A stretch of 64,000 nucleotides of DNA from Lama guanicoe. Its lineage: Eukaryota. Shown here piece after piece: positions 25,296 to 38,704 of this stretch (positions within the stretch are counted from its first letter, which is position 1; every line of letters begins with the position of its first letter). The notes beneath the pieces are model-generated. The model searched no databases. It saw only the letters and a program-made list of their open reading frames with translations, and was not told the DNA's origin. Where the stretch lies: the NCBI GenBank assembly GCA_013239625.1, contig MU054323.1:6437220-6501219 (forward strand), in the 5' to 3' direction. The position numbers and the translations under genes were made by a program.

Positions 25296-25996
25296 CTGGA
25301 GGAGAAGCAGAGAGCAGCCATTGGGCGGCCTTCCCACACCAGGTCCCCCAGGAGCCCCAGGGCTCTGCACTCGCTAACCTCGGCTTTGACAAGTTCCTAG
25401 TCACAGCCCTAACATTAATTCAACCCAAAGACTTGCCTGCCAATTAAGGATAAAGCTGAGAATTTCCAGACAGTTCTTGACGGCACCTCACACTACTGGG
25501 GCAGAGGGAGAGGATGTGGTGCCAGCTCAGCATGACAGGATGACAGGTCTACTGCACAGAGAGCTGCACGCACAGAGGAGGGGGCGCTCCACCCAAGGAC
25601 GTGGGACGGGGCAGAGCAGACGCTCTGGCTGGAGTGCAGGGCCTGTGCGGTGCAGGGGTGGGACTGGGGCCGAGAGGCACAGGAGGGACTCAGGAAGCAG
25701 GTGAAGGAGCAAGACTGTCCCTGAGGGATTTCGGCAGGAAGTGAGGTGTTGGCTCTCCCATTTCAGGAGATCCTGGGGAGGCACTGGAATCAGGGGGGTG
25801 TGTTACGGGCATTTGTGGTAACCTGGCATGTCTAAACCAAGGCCCACCAGTGGGACTGGGGCGGAGGAGACTGGCTGAGGCGCTGAGGATGCAGAATTAG
25901 TAGGGCGTGAGCACAGGCTGGAGGGAGTTTATGGCGGAGGGAGAGGTCAGGCTTTCTCCTAGACTTCCAGGCAGGCCACACGTGGTCAGGACTGAC

Positions 25997-26118
25997 CTCT
26001 CGTTAATGTTGTCTGTTCGGAGGGTGTAGACCCGGTCAATGTGAGAAATGTGGAAGACAGGCTCATCGCTGGAAGGGTCTGTGGGCAGCTTCACCAAGGC
26101 TTCATTCAGGAAAATGGG
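25997..26118 (-). CDS. ITSN2: ITSN2 PH exon ([41 protein letters not shown])
   Basis: tttcag/gtcagt boundaries, 122 bp, phase 0-2. Confidence 0.95.
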
Positions 26119-26675
26119 CTGAAAGAATTGGGGCCAAAACACAGGCTGTGAAATGGGCCAGAACACTCCACCCGCCTAAGTCCAGAGAGTCATCTGTTCT
26201 GAAGAGCCTTGCTGAGGAGTAGGGAGGTCTAGTTTCCAGAGCCTTATGCTTAGGAGAAAAGAAACTGCCTCTGTTTCGTGAAAGGAAGTGTCCAGGGGAG
26301 ATCAGATGTTACTCAGCTGGGGACAGGAGCTCTGAGTGTCCACGCCTGCTCACGGGATAGGGTCTCTCCTCCAGGCACTGACACGTGGCCCTCTGTGTCA
26401 GCCTCAGTTTTACAGAGAGACCCGATGCTGAATGTGGGCAGACGGGGGATCACATGTCATGTGCTGGGGGCGGAGATGGACTCAGCTGCAATCCAGCTGG
26501 TGGCTGTCAGAGGGCAGTGAAGGCCCAGCCACCCTAGGCTTCTTCCCGGGAAGTGACAAGGAGGCAGGTGAAGAGTCCCATGAGGCCAGGACAGGCTCAA
26601 GCAGGAAAGAGGCCTTAAGGTAAAGGAAACACCTCGTTATGCCCTTGATGCTACTGCCAAAAACGTGACGCTTAC

Positions 26676-26891
26676 CGTTTTATACATTTTGAACTGAGCG
26701 TTGGACTTAGAGCTGAAAAGTTTCTCAGAGCCCGAGGAAACAGCAAACTGCTTGACCATGTAGGTAAGAAGCAGGAAGTCATTGAAGAGGAACCCGTGCA
26801 GCTCCTTATTGCTCTTGGTCTTGTACAGCTTCCCACTGTGCAGCAGCTTCCGGGGCCCCAGGCAGTTGGTGAGCGAGTTGAAAACAAGTTG
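26676..26891 (-). CDS. ITSN2: ITSN2 PH exon ([72 protein letters not shown])
   Basis: ttcaag/gtaagc boundaries, 216 bp, phase 0-0. Confidence 0.95.
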
Positions 26892-27297
26892 CTTGAAGAG
26901 AAAGAAACTGTCACTTTGTGAGCCCCAGCACCCCTGGAGAGGCCCGTGCCCTGGACCTCAGGGAGCTGCGGGAGAGCTCTCTAGGCAGGAATGTGGCTGT
27001 AACCATTCATCTTTACACGAAAGATTCTTACATTTACTTCTCTTCAGAATTCAGACTGGCACAGTGAAACCAATTCCTTACAAACCCACAGAATACTGAT
27101 TCTACCAGCTGAATTAAAAAAACTCAAAACATAAATCTCTTTTTTACAAGAAAGAAGATGACAACCCAAGAAGGGGCAGAATGGTGAATCCACATGGGCT
27201 GAGCTGAGGTGTAGACTGTCTACACTTGGGAAAGGCCCAAACCCGGTTCCCCTGGAGAGCCTGCCCACGGCACCCAGCACAGCACCCCAGGCCTCAC

Positions 27298-27465
27298 CTC
27301 TGCCAGACTTTCGCACTGAACGTGCATCTGGATCCACTCCAGGCGGTCTGAATTCTCCTTCTCCCGAACCCCTTCATTAACTTGAGAGCAGAGCTCCTCT
27401 GCCCGTTCGAGGGCCAGTTTCAGAGAAGAGTGGTCTACGTGATTCTCGGGGGTGTTCTCCAGAAT
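27298..27465 (-). CDS. ITSN2: ITSN2 DH-end exon ([56 protein letters not shown])
   Basis: ttccag/gtgagg boundaries, 168 bp, phase 0-0. Confidence 0.95.
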
Positions 27466-29135
27466 CTGGAAGAGAAGGGGCTGCGTCACATGGGATGTCC
27501 TGTCTTCCACCTGCCCCTCCAGCTGGGTGCTGGGCGCTGGAAACACAACAGTGAGCAAGATGATCGTTTACCCTTGAGAGGCTCAGGGTTCCATGAGCTC
27601 TTGGGATACAAGTGACTCAGTGACAAGAGTGGGGCCAAGTGCTACATGGATCCAGTGCCCTGAGGTCTGCGGGTCTCTGGTGGCTCTCCGGCTGGGTCTG
27701 GGGGGTAGGTCATATGTTAAAGGGCGTCTCTCTACTTCCCCCCAGTAACTTAGGCTGTGTGCCTTTAGGGTGAAACCTCCAGTATAGACTGGATGCACCT
27801 TTGATAAGTATGTTAACTTGCTGAAGAGCAATGAAATGGTTCACTGCATTTTTGGGGTCACTGATCACTGAAAGCGATGAATCCCCTGCCACGGGAAAAA
27901 CATAATACAACCGTGTTGTCAGCGTGTAGGAAAATGCATTCCGTTCATTCTGAAGGGACTTCAAACTAATGTTCCAAAGGTAAAAGGATAGAGGCCAGAA
28001 TACAACTTTGTGTGGTCCCTCTGGGGCTTAGCGGGCCCGTCAACAGACGACTCCTGTCTGGTCTCCCTGGTCCTGCGGGTCCATGGTCCTCCATTTACAA
28101 TCCTAAAATGTGAAAAAGCCCTGAAGGTCTTAAGCTTTTCTTATGACTCTTTTGGTGGCAAAACCTGACCTGAGCTGGAGAGATGTACTTATTTACTCGA
28201 CTTCAGTGATTATTCAGGTATTTCACTGCAGGACTACTAATGTGGCGGTCATCAGTGCTGCCCAGGCTTTGCTGGGGTGTCACGTGACATGCAGCATTTG
28301 AATTACATTCTGAATTCTGGAACACATGTGTCCCCAGATACTTCAGGTAAGGGACTGCGGCTTAATGTGTATCCGTGGTCCTGTTTGGCATAACTGAGAC
28401 ATTAGCCCTGTAACATAAGGTCTGCACTGAGGTAACATGGCTCGCACCACCAGTGGTCACGGCATAATCAATAAAAGCAACAGTAGTATTATTTCTACTG
28501 ATTTTCTTTGTAAGATGATTAACATTACGTCAGTGATTATTGGTGAGATAGTCCTTTGAAAGCTTGCCTTCTCCTTAGAAGGCACATTGGCTCGAGGCCC
28601 ACACTGCTTACGGATGGAATTTTAGAGGGACTGTGAAGCCGGCAGGCTGAGGTGGGACACAGCAAGGGGATGACGATGACCTGTTTAGGTCACTGAGTTG
28701 GAGATTCCTGGGACATCTAGGGGGGTATTCAGTGGGGAGATGAACTCAGATCTCAGTAGAAAGACTGGACCCCAAGGTTGTACAAATGGGCGGCTCCGTC
28801 TGGGCTCAAGACGGGCTTCGCAACTGGAGACTTAGAGGGCTTTGCCCTGCCTGGACAACACACATTCATGACCCTGAGAGGCCAGGGGGAGGACAAGTAA
28901 CCCAAGTGACCCTGGATATGTCTTTTATTTGCCACATCACGGATTTATCCCTTCAGACTGCATGTATTACACACACACACACACACGCGCACGTGCGCAC
29001 ACACACACTTGGGGCCCGATCCATCAGACACTAGAGTCAGACCACATGGAGGGGTGGCTGGCATACTTGGAGGCTCCCTGACTATCAGCCTCTGTGGACC
29101 CTGAAGGGTCCTGCGTCCCCCAGCCGGGCACTCAC

Positions 29136-29234
29136 ACTTCTGATGAGGAGCGGGTAGCGCGTGATCCTCTGCATGGGCTTCAGCAGGAAGCTGGACAGGG
29201 GCATTCCTTTACATCGAGGGTCAGATGCCAGCTT
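29136..29234 (-). CDS. ITSN2: ITSN2 DH exon ([33 protein letters not shown])
   Basis: ttgcag/gtgagt boundaries, 99 bp. Contains the DH signature [14 protein letters not shown]. Confidence 0.97.
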
Positions 29235-30231
29235 CTGCAAAATAATTGAAAGGCTCATGAGGAAATCATAGCCTCGGGAAAACACTGGAAATGTTGGCTA
29301 TACTGCTGACTTTGACCGCCTTTTAGATTTCTAATTTCTTTCTAAAACTCAGGATCCAAAATGATATGTATCAGATTAACAGCAGGAATATTCCACCTCA
29401 TGCGCTAAACCCAGAGGAAGCTTTCCAGTTCTTTCTTGGTGCATTTGACAGTCTGTGTGACCCCTCCCTCTACTGCTTCCAGAACCACTCTCTCAGCTGT
29501 CTCCCTGCCCACAGACCTTCGCGGTCTTCCTCTCTCCTTTCTTCCCCTCTGCCCGCCCCAACTGTAGGTGCTGCCCAAGATCCCCTGCAATGAGTCCCAG
29601 TGTAACCCAGCCCATCTCTGGGGTTCCACTCCTGCCGGATTACTCTCCTCACCTGATGTCCCAAAGCACCTCGATACCTCAACATACTCCAAAATGAAGT
29701 CCTCGTCTTCCCTCATAAACTCATTCTCTTCTACTTCTATTCCTACCTGAGCTGGGAGCACCATTCACACCCACCCACCTTCCCACACACACACACACAC
29801 GCCTACGAGTCACACTGACGCCAAGTAAGTAGCTCTTGGTCTCCCCCATCTCTGCCTGCTCATCACCCCTGCTTCATCAGCAACAATTAGAACCATTTAC
29901 TGAGCACCCACTGTGAGCCACGCTCACACTGTCCCTTCTACTCTTCTTTTACTTGACTAATTCATACTCATCTCTGAAGACTCAGATTACCCTCCTCTTG
30001 TCCTGGCTCTCCCGTTCCATGACGCCTCCCCTCCTTTCCAGTGATCCCTCTCAAGGCCCATAAGAACCCATGGCTTCCTTTATCATCACACCGCATCTGG
30101 ACTGGTAACATGGGTGGGTGTCTCTATGACCTCCCACCCAGACTGTTAACTCCAGGGACCACACTTGCTTCCTTCTACTCCCAGTACTAGTTCACGGCCT
30201 AACAGAGTAGCTAGGATGCTAAGATGATCTA

Positions 30232-30469
30232 TCTTCCTTTCTTTCTCCCTTCCTTCCTCCCTCCCTCCCTCTGTCTCTCTCTTTCTTCCTTCCTTTCTTT
30301 TCTTTTCTTTTCTTTTCTTTNNNNNNNNNNNNNNNNNNNNNNNNNNNNNNNNNNNNNNNNNNNNNNNNNNNNNNNNNNNNNNNNNNNNNNNNNNNNNNNN
30401 NNNNTTTCTTTCTTCTGTCTTCCTTCCTTCCTTCCTTCCTTCCTTCCTTCCTTCCTTCCTTCCTTTCTT

Positions 30470-30500
<31 letters not shown>

Positions 30501-30507
30501 CTTTCCT
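30232..30507. repeat. Compound pyrimidine microsatellite (TTCC)n/(TTTTC)n/(TC)n containing an 84-N assembly gap (30321-30404)
   Basis: Seen directly; forms the expanded tail of the adjacent SINE. Confidence 0.95.
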
Positions 30508-30588
30508 TATTGAGGTACTGGGAAATGAACCCAGGACCTCGTGCATGCTAAGCATGTAGTCTATCACTGAACTATTCCCACCCCCCAG
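30508..30588 (-). mobile_element. Vic-1-like SINE head
   Basis: gaggtactgggaaatgaacccaggacctcgtgcatgctaagcatgtagtctatcactgaactattccc is the reverse complement of a tRNA-Ala-like head. Confidence 0.8.
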
Positions 30589-31457
30589 GATAATCATTTT
30601 TAATGACTAAAAATGCATTTATATATAATTTACTTAACCTTTTTCCATTATGGGATATTAAAACTGCCTCCTCCTTTTGTTTTGGGATATATCTATACAT
30701 GTTTCTATGACAAGCACCTTCATGATATTTATTTCTATATTTTCTGGGTCTTTTTAAAAAGTAACATTTTAGAACACGGCTTATTGTTAGAGTTTGCTTT
30801 TTAATGTAATCAATGCCATGCCTTTCATCATGAGACAATGCACTTTTATTTTTACTACTGTTACAAATGTAATGACACTGATGTCCTATTTACATTATTT
30901 TTATCACTATTTGAAAAAAATTTATAATCTTTTCCTATACTTTAGAAGGCAAAAGTCCTATATTTAATTCTACTGTTGATTATTTTTAAACATTCCCATG
31001 TACTCACAGTTCCACATTTATCTGATTATTCTGATTAATGTTTGTTTCTGTGATCTTGGTTTCTTTCTGTTTCTTCTAGTTCATTTCCAGGTAACCCCTT
31101 GCTTCCCACCAATTGGAAGGTTCTGTCCTCAGTGCCTTATACTGAATGATTTTTGCATCCTTGAGATCATCATAAGAAAAATAAAATTAGCATTTACTGA
31201 ATGCTTATTACGTGCTGGTCTCTGTGCTAAAGTACTTAAAAAGTATTATCTGATTATCTCCGGATTACAGATGAGGGGAATGAAGGCATCAAATGTTGAG
31301 AAACTTGTGCTGCTCACACAAGCAAACAGTGATGGGCTGGGATTTCAGCTGGAGCAGTCCGTGTCTGAAGCCTGTCTTGTTCTAAGCGTGATATTATGTT
31401 GCCTTCTGGCATGATCCTATTTGTTTATGATAGACTCTTCATGAAATGCTTAATTTT

Positions 31458-31556
31458 TTTTTTGGAGGGGGAGGGAGGTAATTAGGTTTATTTCTTTATT
31501 TTCAGGACCTCGTGCATGCTAAGCATGCGCTCTACCACTTGAGCTATACCCTCCCA
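31458..31556 (-). mobile_element. Vic-1-like SINE with internal deletion, 13-bp TSD
   Basis: TSD aatgcttaatttt at 31445-31457 and 31561-31573. Lacks the gaggtactggggattgaacc segment seen in the other copies. Confidence 0.8.
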
Positions 31557-32795
31557 CTGTAATGCTTAATTTTATTCACTATTATTTTAATTAAAAGTTT
31601 AACAGCTATATTTATAAAAGATACCAGCTTATAAGTTTTTTTCATTTTTGTAATTACATACAAATACAAAAACAGGCCTTGGGGTCAGAGCCACTTTTGC
31701 CTTATACGATGAATTAGGTAGGCTTTCTATTTTTTTCTGTGATCTGCAGCAGTTTATATAATATGAAATGATCTATTCCTCTGTAGCTGTCAAGAATTCA
31801 CCATCAAATCCATCAAGTGAAACTAGCTCCTCTTTTGGGATAAGTTACTCAGTTTTTTCCCTTGGTTAATAGTATCTTTAGATTTTCTGTTCTTATTGAG
31901 CCAGTTTTCAAACTTTAATAGAAAACAAGTTTTCTTAATGCTTTCACACTTATTAGCATATATGTTTAAATTATATACCCTTTTACTTTAAGAAATAACT
32001 TTGTGTCTATTCTTGTTTTTACTTGTGTTTGTTTTTTCTCTTTTTCTATTAGATTTAGAGTTATTTTTTATCAGTTCTTTTCAGTGTATCTGTTCATGGA
32101 TATATTGCTGTCATTTGTGCTTTTATCTTTAATAGTTTCTCTATTTTGCTTTTAGTATTTTATCTCCTCTGCCTATGTATCTTATATTTTGTTTATTTTT
32201 CCATTCTCTTCTGATAATAAAAATATGAAAATTATGCATTCTCCCACAAAGAACTGCTGGGGCCATATAATACATCCCGCTATGCAGTACTTCACAACCA
32301 AAAAAACCTAGTAAAAATGCAAAAACAGCAAGAAAATAGATTTCTTCCTAAATTTTCCTAACCATTTTATTAACACATACGGTAATAATAGTTTCTATTA
32401 CTGAACAATATCAATGAAAAGGACTTCTCAAAATGTGATTTTCTATTATGACAACCAGACATACGAGGCTCATTGCTGTATCACTGTAAGGATGTTGATT
32501 CATTATATTATGTGTAGTGAATGTGTACACAGTGTACTTGCTGAGCACAGTTCTAACAATACAGTTCTAACACTACCTGTTTGTTTTAATTTATGACCAG
32601 GGCGTCATGGAACAGACCATTTCCACTGTCTTCTCACTGGTTTCTGGAAGGTGAATGACACCTGAGGACATGTCTTACATGTGTGCAGGATCACAGATAG
32701 GCTTTTTGTTTATTACTCTAATTTCTGATGTCTCCATTTTTTTCCTACTCATAAGGGCATTTCCTTTTGTCCCATTTTATTCATCCATTTATTTT

Positions 32796-32977
32796 ATTTT
32801 TTTAAGTTTATTTTAATTTTATTTTCTACAGACTCTTTTTTTGTTTTGTTTTGTTTTGGTGGTGGGGATTAGGGTTTATTTATTTACTTATTTATTTTAA
32901 ATGGAGGTACTGAGGACTGAACCGAAGACCTCATGCATGCCAGGCATGCATTCTGCCACTGAGCTATACCCTCCCCC
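32796..32977 (-). mobile_element. Vic-1-like SINE with TSD catccatttatttt
   Basis: ggaggtactgaggactgaaccgaagacctcatgcatgccaggcatgcattctgccactgagctataccctcccc; TSD copies near 32782 and 32978. Confidence 0.8.
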
Positions 32978-33359
32978 CATCCATTTATTTTAAATTTTAT
33001 TTTATCTTGTTGCATTTTATACACCTAAGTAAGATATTTTATTTTCTTTCTGGAATAAGATAGGTATAAAATAAATACCATTTACAAAATTAAGAAAGTG
33101 ACATTCTGGATGTTTTTTGAAGTATAAAGTAGCTGACCTACATAGGGTTAAAAAACACTCTGCTATTTAAGATGGGCAAGATCATGGTCCAAGAAAAATC
33201 AACTCAACTCGAAAGGCAACTCAAAGCAATCAGAAAATTCTTTGCCATATTTGTGTTTCCTCTGGAAAGTGATGAGGATATGCCATTCTCCACTGCTGAG
33301 ATTCCCCACCATGCCTCTGGCTCAGGGTCAGCCTGCCTACATTCCCAGAATGGAGTTAC

Positions 33360-33543
33360 CTTTAAAAAATCTTTAAAGTCCGCGTGTTCATCTGTCTTCT
33401 GCTGTAACAGAGCTGCTCCATTCAGCTGACAGCTGCAGAACCGGATGTAAGCCTGCATGTGGGACAGCTCAGCCGCCAGGATGTCCCCAATCATCTGCAC
33501 GGGCATCTTCTCACCCCCGGTCTTCTTCCGCACCCGCAGGGCC
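33360..33543 (-). CDS. ITSN2: ITSN2 DH exon ([61 protein letters not shown])
   Basis: ttgcag/gtaact boundaries, 184 bp, phase 2-0. Confidence 0.95.
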
Positions 33544-34429
33544 CTGCAACCAACACACTCTCTCACTTCCCGTTCCCAAGTGAATCCCCTTGGTAAATGA
33601 AGGATGAGTATCTTGGGAGATCAACGTAATGACAACCACTGAGTTACCTAAAAATCTCTGGCACCGTGGGGGAAAGTCAGAAGGAGGCAGCGAGGGCCTT
33701 AAAGCTCGGCCTGCCAAGCCAGCCTGGGTGAACTGTTAGCAAAGAAAATGAAGTCTACGCACTTGAGTGTTTCTAGGTCTTTGGAATTGTTTTGGTTTCA
33801 GCTTCGTTTCTTAGCAAATTTTCTTTTGAAATTTTCTGACCTGTTCTCGGCTGAACCAAGAAGGAAACTTCCGCCCTCTGTAGGGGAAAAATGGAAGCAG
33901 GAGCCCACAGAGGCCAAGTGTGGAGGTGGAGACGGGAACTGTCCCCAGAGTGCGGCTGAGCCCCAGGGAGGGTGGACGGACGGCGGGCGCTGGGGCTGCG
34001 TGTGCCTCCACCAGGGAGTAAGTCCTCATTGGCATGAGGGATGGAAAATCACCCAAAGGAATGGAATTTCACACCAGACTTAGCAGACTGCCAGCCAGTC
34101 ATGTTGGGGCCACGAACTGCAGCTTCTCTCCTGACTCCATCTGATACAGAGTCCAGCATATTCTGGAATCATATGTTAATGTATTGTTTAATGATTTAAT
34201 TTTTTCTTAGCTTAATCAAGTATTTTCTTATTGTTATTTTTCTTTACTTCAATAATTATGCATTTTACAGTTAGAGAGCATTTCATAAAATGATAATAAA
34301 ATAAAAAGCCTGAGGGAACAAAAAACAGTGACAGTTGTCTGCTAAGCGGCCCCGGCTGCGGAGTGAGGTGGGATCTCGGTCCTGGGCAGGGGGTGCCTGC
34401 TGTAGTGACGGGCGACGCTCACGACTCAC

Positions 34430-34536
34430 TTCAGTAGCTTCGTGTTAGACATAATGAGCTCCTTCCAGTTAACAAAGATCAAGGCCATTTCTCCTTCGGT
34501 GAGGAAACCTGGCTCCGCCATCCGCTTCTGAAAAAC
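34430..34536 (-). CDS. ITSN2: ITSN2 DH exon ([36 protein letters not shown])
   Basis: tttag/gtgagt boundaries, 107 bp, phase 0-2. Confidence 0.95.
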
Positions 34537-37028
34537 CTAAATTCAGAACACAAGAGAAAGAAGTCAGCTTAAGTGCAGTACACAGCCTGTGTGGGCTAAA
34601 TGACACAGGACCTTCACATGCAGAAACTAAGATCATGGCACTAATAAACATCGTGATTGTTAAATTTCAAATTGCATAGTGTCCCTATTTTTTGCTACTT
34701 CGGCTCCTATCAGGGCTGATTCTGAGGACTGAATCCAGCAGTCTCATCAAGAGGAGAGTCTCACACCTACCCCACACCTACTTCACACCTACCTCACTCG
34801 TACGTCCTGGGAGCTAGACAGGTGAAACAAACCCTGGGCATAAAGCCCCGACACGCGGGAAGGGCCCGCAGGACCGCTGTCAGGTGGGGCACCTCCGTGT
34901 TCTGGAAGCAGTTTGTGAGACGTGCAGCAAAAGGAACTGCGATGACTCACCCTACCCCCAAGTCTGACCACCAAGCCGTGTGGACCTCAGAGGCTGGCTG
35001 ACCGAAGGAGACTTCATGGAGCTCTGACACGCACGTACGTGCATGTGCTTGTGTGTGTGCGCGCACATGTGTGGGTTTCTCAATTAATCTCATGACAATG
35101 TAGGTCATACTAAGTCAGGTATTGTTCCCAACTGACCCATGAAGAAATAAAGGCTGAGAGAGTGATGGGCTCCAGGTCACAAAGCTAGAATACGGAGGAG
35201 CCAGAACCAAAACTCAAGTCTTTTCCATTCTAAGTCCAAGTTTCCACTAAGCAACTAGGGAATGACTTTACAAGCCTTAAGGAAACAGTGAAGTCATGGG
35301 AGATGACCTGCTCATGTGTCATCTCCCCAAAATACACGTGACGTTACTCTCTGTTAAAATCGTTTTTAATTAATGTTTACTGTGTTGAGTTGAACGTGGA
35401 TTCAAAGAATTCAGATAAAAGTGCTATGAAATGACACTTCTAAACCTCTACAGATCCAGAATCAGATTGAAGATGTGTGGACACTCCTATGAGAGAGCGC
35501 CCTGGAAGGATGGCCAGTCTGCTCCGGGGTGCTGCCAAAGGACAGGAAGAGCATCTGCTTGTCTGGCTTGTCATTTGCTGTGTGATTTACATATTTACAT
35601 TACTCTATTTATTCGTTCTATTATCTGCTTGGCGCCAGCCTCAGTGAGGTTAGCAGAGGAGGATAGGAGGGTCGGGTCCTCTGGGGACCTCCAAGGGAAT
35701 CGGAATGAGAGGCCCCTGCCTGTGGACAGTGCTTTTCAGCCTAACCCCCTGACCCCGACATGATGCCTCACCACTCAGTGTCTTGTGAGGTGGGCAGAGG
35801 GGGACTAGCCGAGGCCCAAGTGGTTAGGAGACCAGTCTGAAACAGGGCAGGCCCCCGGCCCCTGTTCACCTTCTGTGCTGGTCAGAGGGGTGCCTCCACA
35901 TCCATTTTCAGTCCCTTAGGACTGGAATCTGAGCAGCAGCAGGGCTGACACTTGTAAGGGTTAATAAAAAAAAAACAGATGGGCTTTTCTTCCAGGCCAT
36001 CTGTCCTGGTCAGAGAAGTACAGACACAAACACCCATAAATTCAGTACTGCTGGGAAGGCCGTAAAGGGCCAGGCCAAGTGCTGGGCATGAAGGGTGAAG
36101 GACACCCAGTCTTTGCCCTCTGGAGCTCACAGCCTTGGGGAAAGTGAACGCTATCAACCGGGAAGGGCGGTAGAGCACACGTGGGAGAGGAAGCGGGGTA
36201 CCGTGTCCAGAGACCCCGCCTGCATCTGGGGTAGAGAATGGGGCGGGGCGGCCTTGCTGGGCAGACGCAGGCCTGGCCTCTGCTCCCTGTGCTGTGGACG
36301 TCCCAGCCAGGTAGACAGTGCATCTGGTGGGCCTGGTGGGGACACTTGTGCTCTTTAAGTGTTTTTTGTTTGTTTGTTTTTGTTTTAAACTGGTCTCATC
36401 TGAGGGCCTTCACGCATTTCATGGGAACCAAAAGTCATGGAAAACTAAAGCATAACAGAAGTATAAAGTTTGACTTTGTTTATTCAAACACAGATCATAT
36501 AACAGTGCCACTCTAACAGCTCTTGTCAGCTTAGGAGTCACTTGTAACATTAACAGGCACAAACACAAACAGTAAATACGAGATTTGGGAAATACCTTAC
36601 AGTATGCTATTTGGTCTTCCGAACTGATACAAATGTTAGGTGAATACTCTCACTGCCTCACAAATTCCTCTGGAAATAAAGTTGATGAAAATGTCGGGTG
36701 TCAGAACCGCAGTGCAATATAGTCAGAGGAAAGTCGGAGGCAGAGAAGTCTGCTTCAGAGCCCCCCACCCGCTCCCTACCCTGTTCCCTCCTCCACGGGG
36801 CCGTGACCATCCGACTGAGGCACTGAGCGCCTTCTCTCTCTCTCTTCCCTCTGAATTACCTAATTTGGGAGAAGGACTGGACTTGACACCGTCACGGCCT
36901 TTCCAGCGGGCAGAGGAAGGCTCTGCGGGTGTGAGGGCGCCCATCACTACCGGTGAGCTCACAGTCGGGGGCGATGCGTCGCTGTGAGACCACCCCACCC
37001 CTGAGCAGCCGCAGAGCGCGCCCCTCAC

Positions 37029-37150
37029 CTCCACGACGAGCTGAAGGTCGTCCACGTACCGCTCTTCAGTCTCAATCAGCTCGTGAATGTAGCCCTGCCT
37101 CTTCCTCTCCACGGGCTGCATGGTGTCCAGGGTGTGGAGGTCAGCACACC
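37029..37150 (-). CDS. ITSN2: First ITSN2-L-specific exon, start of DH ([41 protein letters not shown])
   Basis: ccacag/gtgagg boundaries, 122 bp, phase 1-0. T from the upstream exon plus GG gives Trp. Confidence 0.95.
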
Positions 37151-38704
37151 CTGTGGAAAAACAGGGTAGACTTTCAAAATGCTAGTTTCTCCTCCTTGGA
37201 GGAAACAGACTTCTATCAGCAGATGTGCTGGGTCTTCAAAAGTTCCCCGGGAAGACCCTCGTGGCCTCTGGAAGGGCACCGGGGCTTCTGGAGCAGCGTG
37301 CACCTGCGGAAGCCGGCTTAACCACTGGCCGCAAACGAGCAACGCCTGGCACAGCTCAATGGGGTCCGAATTTCTTTTCCAAATATGTAATGACAGAAGG
37401 AAGGATTTCCCGAAATGGCCTTACAGATCTGAACTCTGCGGAGCTTGTGAAGAACCTACACTATCATCATCTCAAGACGTTTCCAGAGTATCGTAACGAT
37501 TAAGTGCATCAAATGCTTGAGACCAGTGTTTTCCATACTGCCGGGCATGAGCTATCCATGGGTCATTATATCAGTTGAGATTTTAAAAAACGCTGGTTAG
37601 GCCCAGTGTTAAAAGCAAAATAAAATATTGTAAATCAAATATACTTTAATTTAAAAAAAGGAAAAAAACAAAGCAAATAAAGAAAGAAACCATCATGTAC
37701 ACAGAATTGGTAAGTATTGTTCTGTGAAAATTTTTAGTTAGGTATGTATTTGAGGATGTAGAATGTATCTCCTACTGTGAGCCCCTGTTTAAAAAATATC
37801 TGAGAAACATTTCTCTAGATTTCTTAAAATAAAGTGCCCAGTCAGGAAACCTCAAGTCCCCAGGACCCAGCAGTTCCCAGCAGGACCACTGCCTTGACCC
37901 CCAGAACAAAGAACTGGTGAGGGGATCCTACTTCTTCCTCAAATCAGCATCCCCAACCCTCCCTCTCTTGCAGGACCCTTCCCTGCTCTTCACACTTTCA
38001 CTTTCAGGCTTCACTAGCTCCTTCACTATGAACATAGCTATGTGTCCCTCCTACCCAATATTTAAAACAAACAAATACCCTTCCTTCAACCCTGCTCCCT
38101 CCTCAAACATCCCATCTCTGGTGTCTCTAGAGAGGTCTGACACTCATGCACCCCCACCCCCAGCTCTCCCTGTCACTTCTCCAACTTAGGGCACACTGGT
38201 TCTGTCCCACCACTGCACTGACACTGCTTTTGTGAAGGTAGTGAGGACCCTGGCATTGCCAAATCAGCGACCCCTCCGGAGCTTGCATCCTCCTGCACCT
38301 GCCGCGGCTCTGGCACTTCTGATGAGCCGCTTCTTCCAACACTTGGCATTTGTCCCTCTCCTCTTCCTGATGTTCCCTTCTGCATTTCTTCCTCTGCCTG
38401 CCCTCAGGCTCTCTGCTCCCCATAATCCAGCAAATGTAAAATGTGTTCCTGGCATTCCTGACCTGCAAGGTCAAATGAATTTGGACAATGCTGCAGACTG
38501 CATTTGTCTGGTAGGGTCACAAGGCACCCCAGCATACTAGGCCCTGAGAAACCCTGCTCTAGAGAAACATTTCATTTGCGTGAACCCAGAGTTCCCAATG
38601 CTTACTTGATCAAAGAACCCTCTGTTTTAAGGGGAGGGAAAGTGAATCTTTTGAGAACTGAGGAATTAGGGATTGTGGATAGAATACACCCCTTTGCCAT
38701 TCTC

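Noticed and set aside
24649..25404. Longest ORF in the track (251 aa, minus strand) and overlapping ORFs at 24.1-25.8 kb
   Set aside because: GC-rich intronic sequence with low stop frequency. It crosses the real 83-bp ITSN2 exon in a different frame and has no recognisable domain.
30224..30597. ORFs rich in FLPS / ERKEGR repeats
   Set aside because: Translations of a microsatellite and an N gap.
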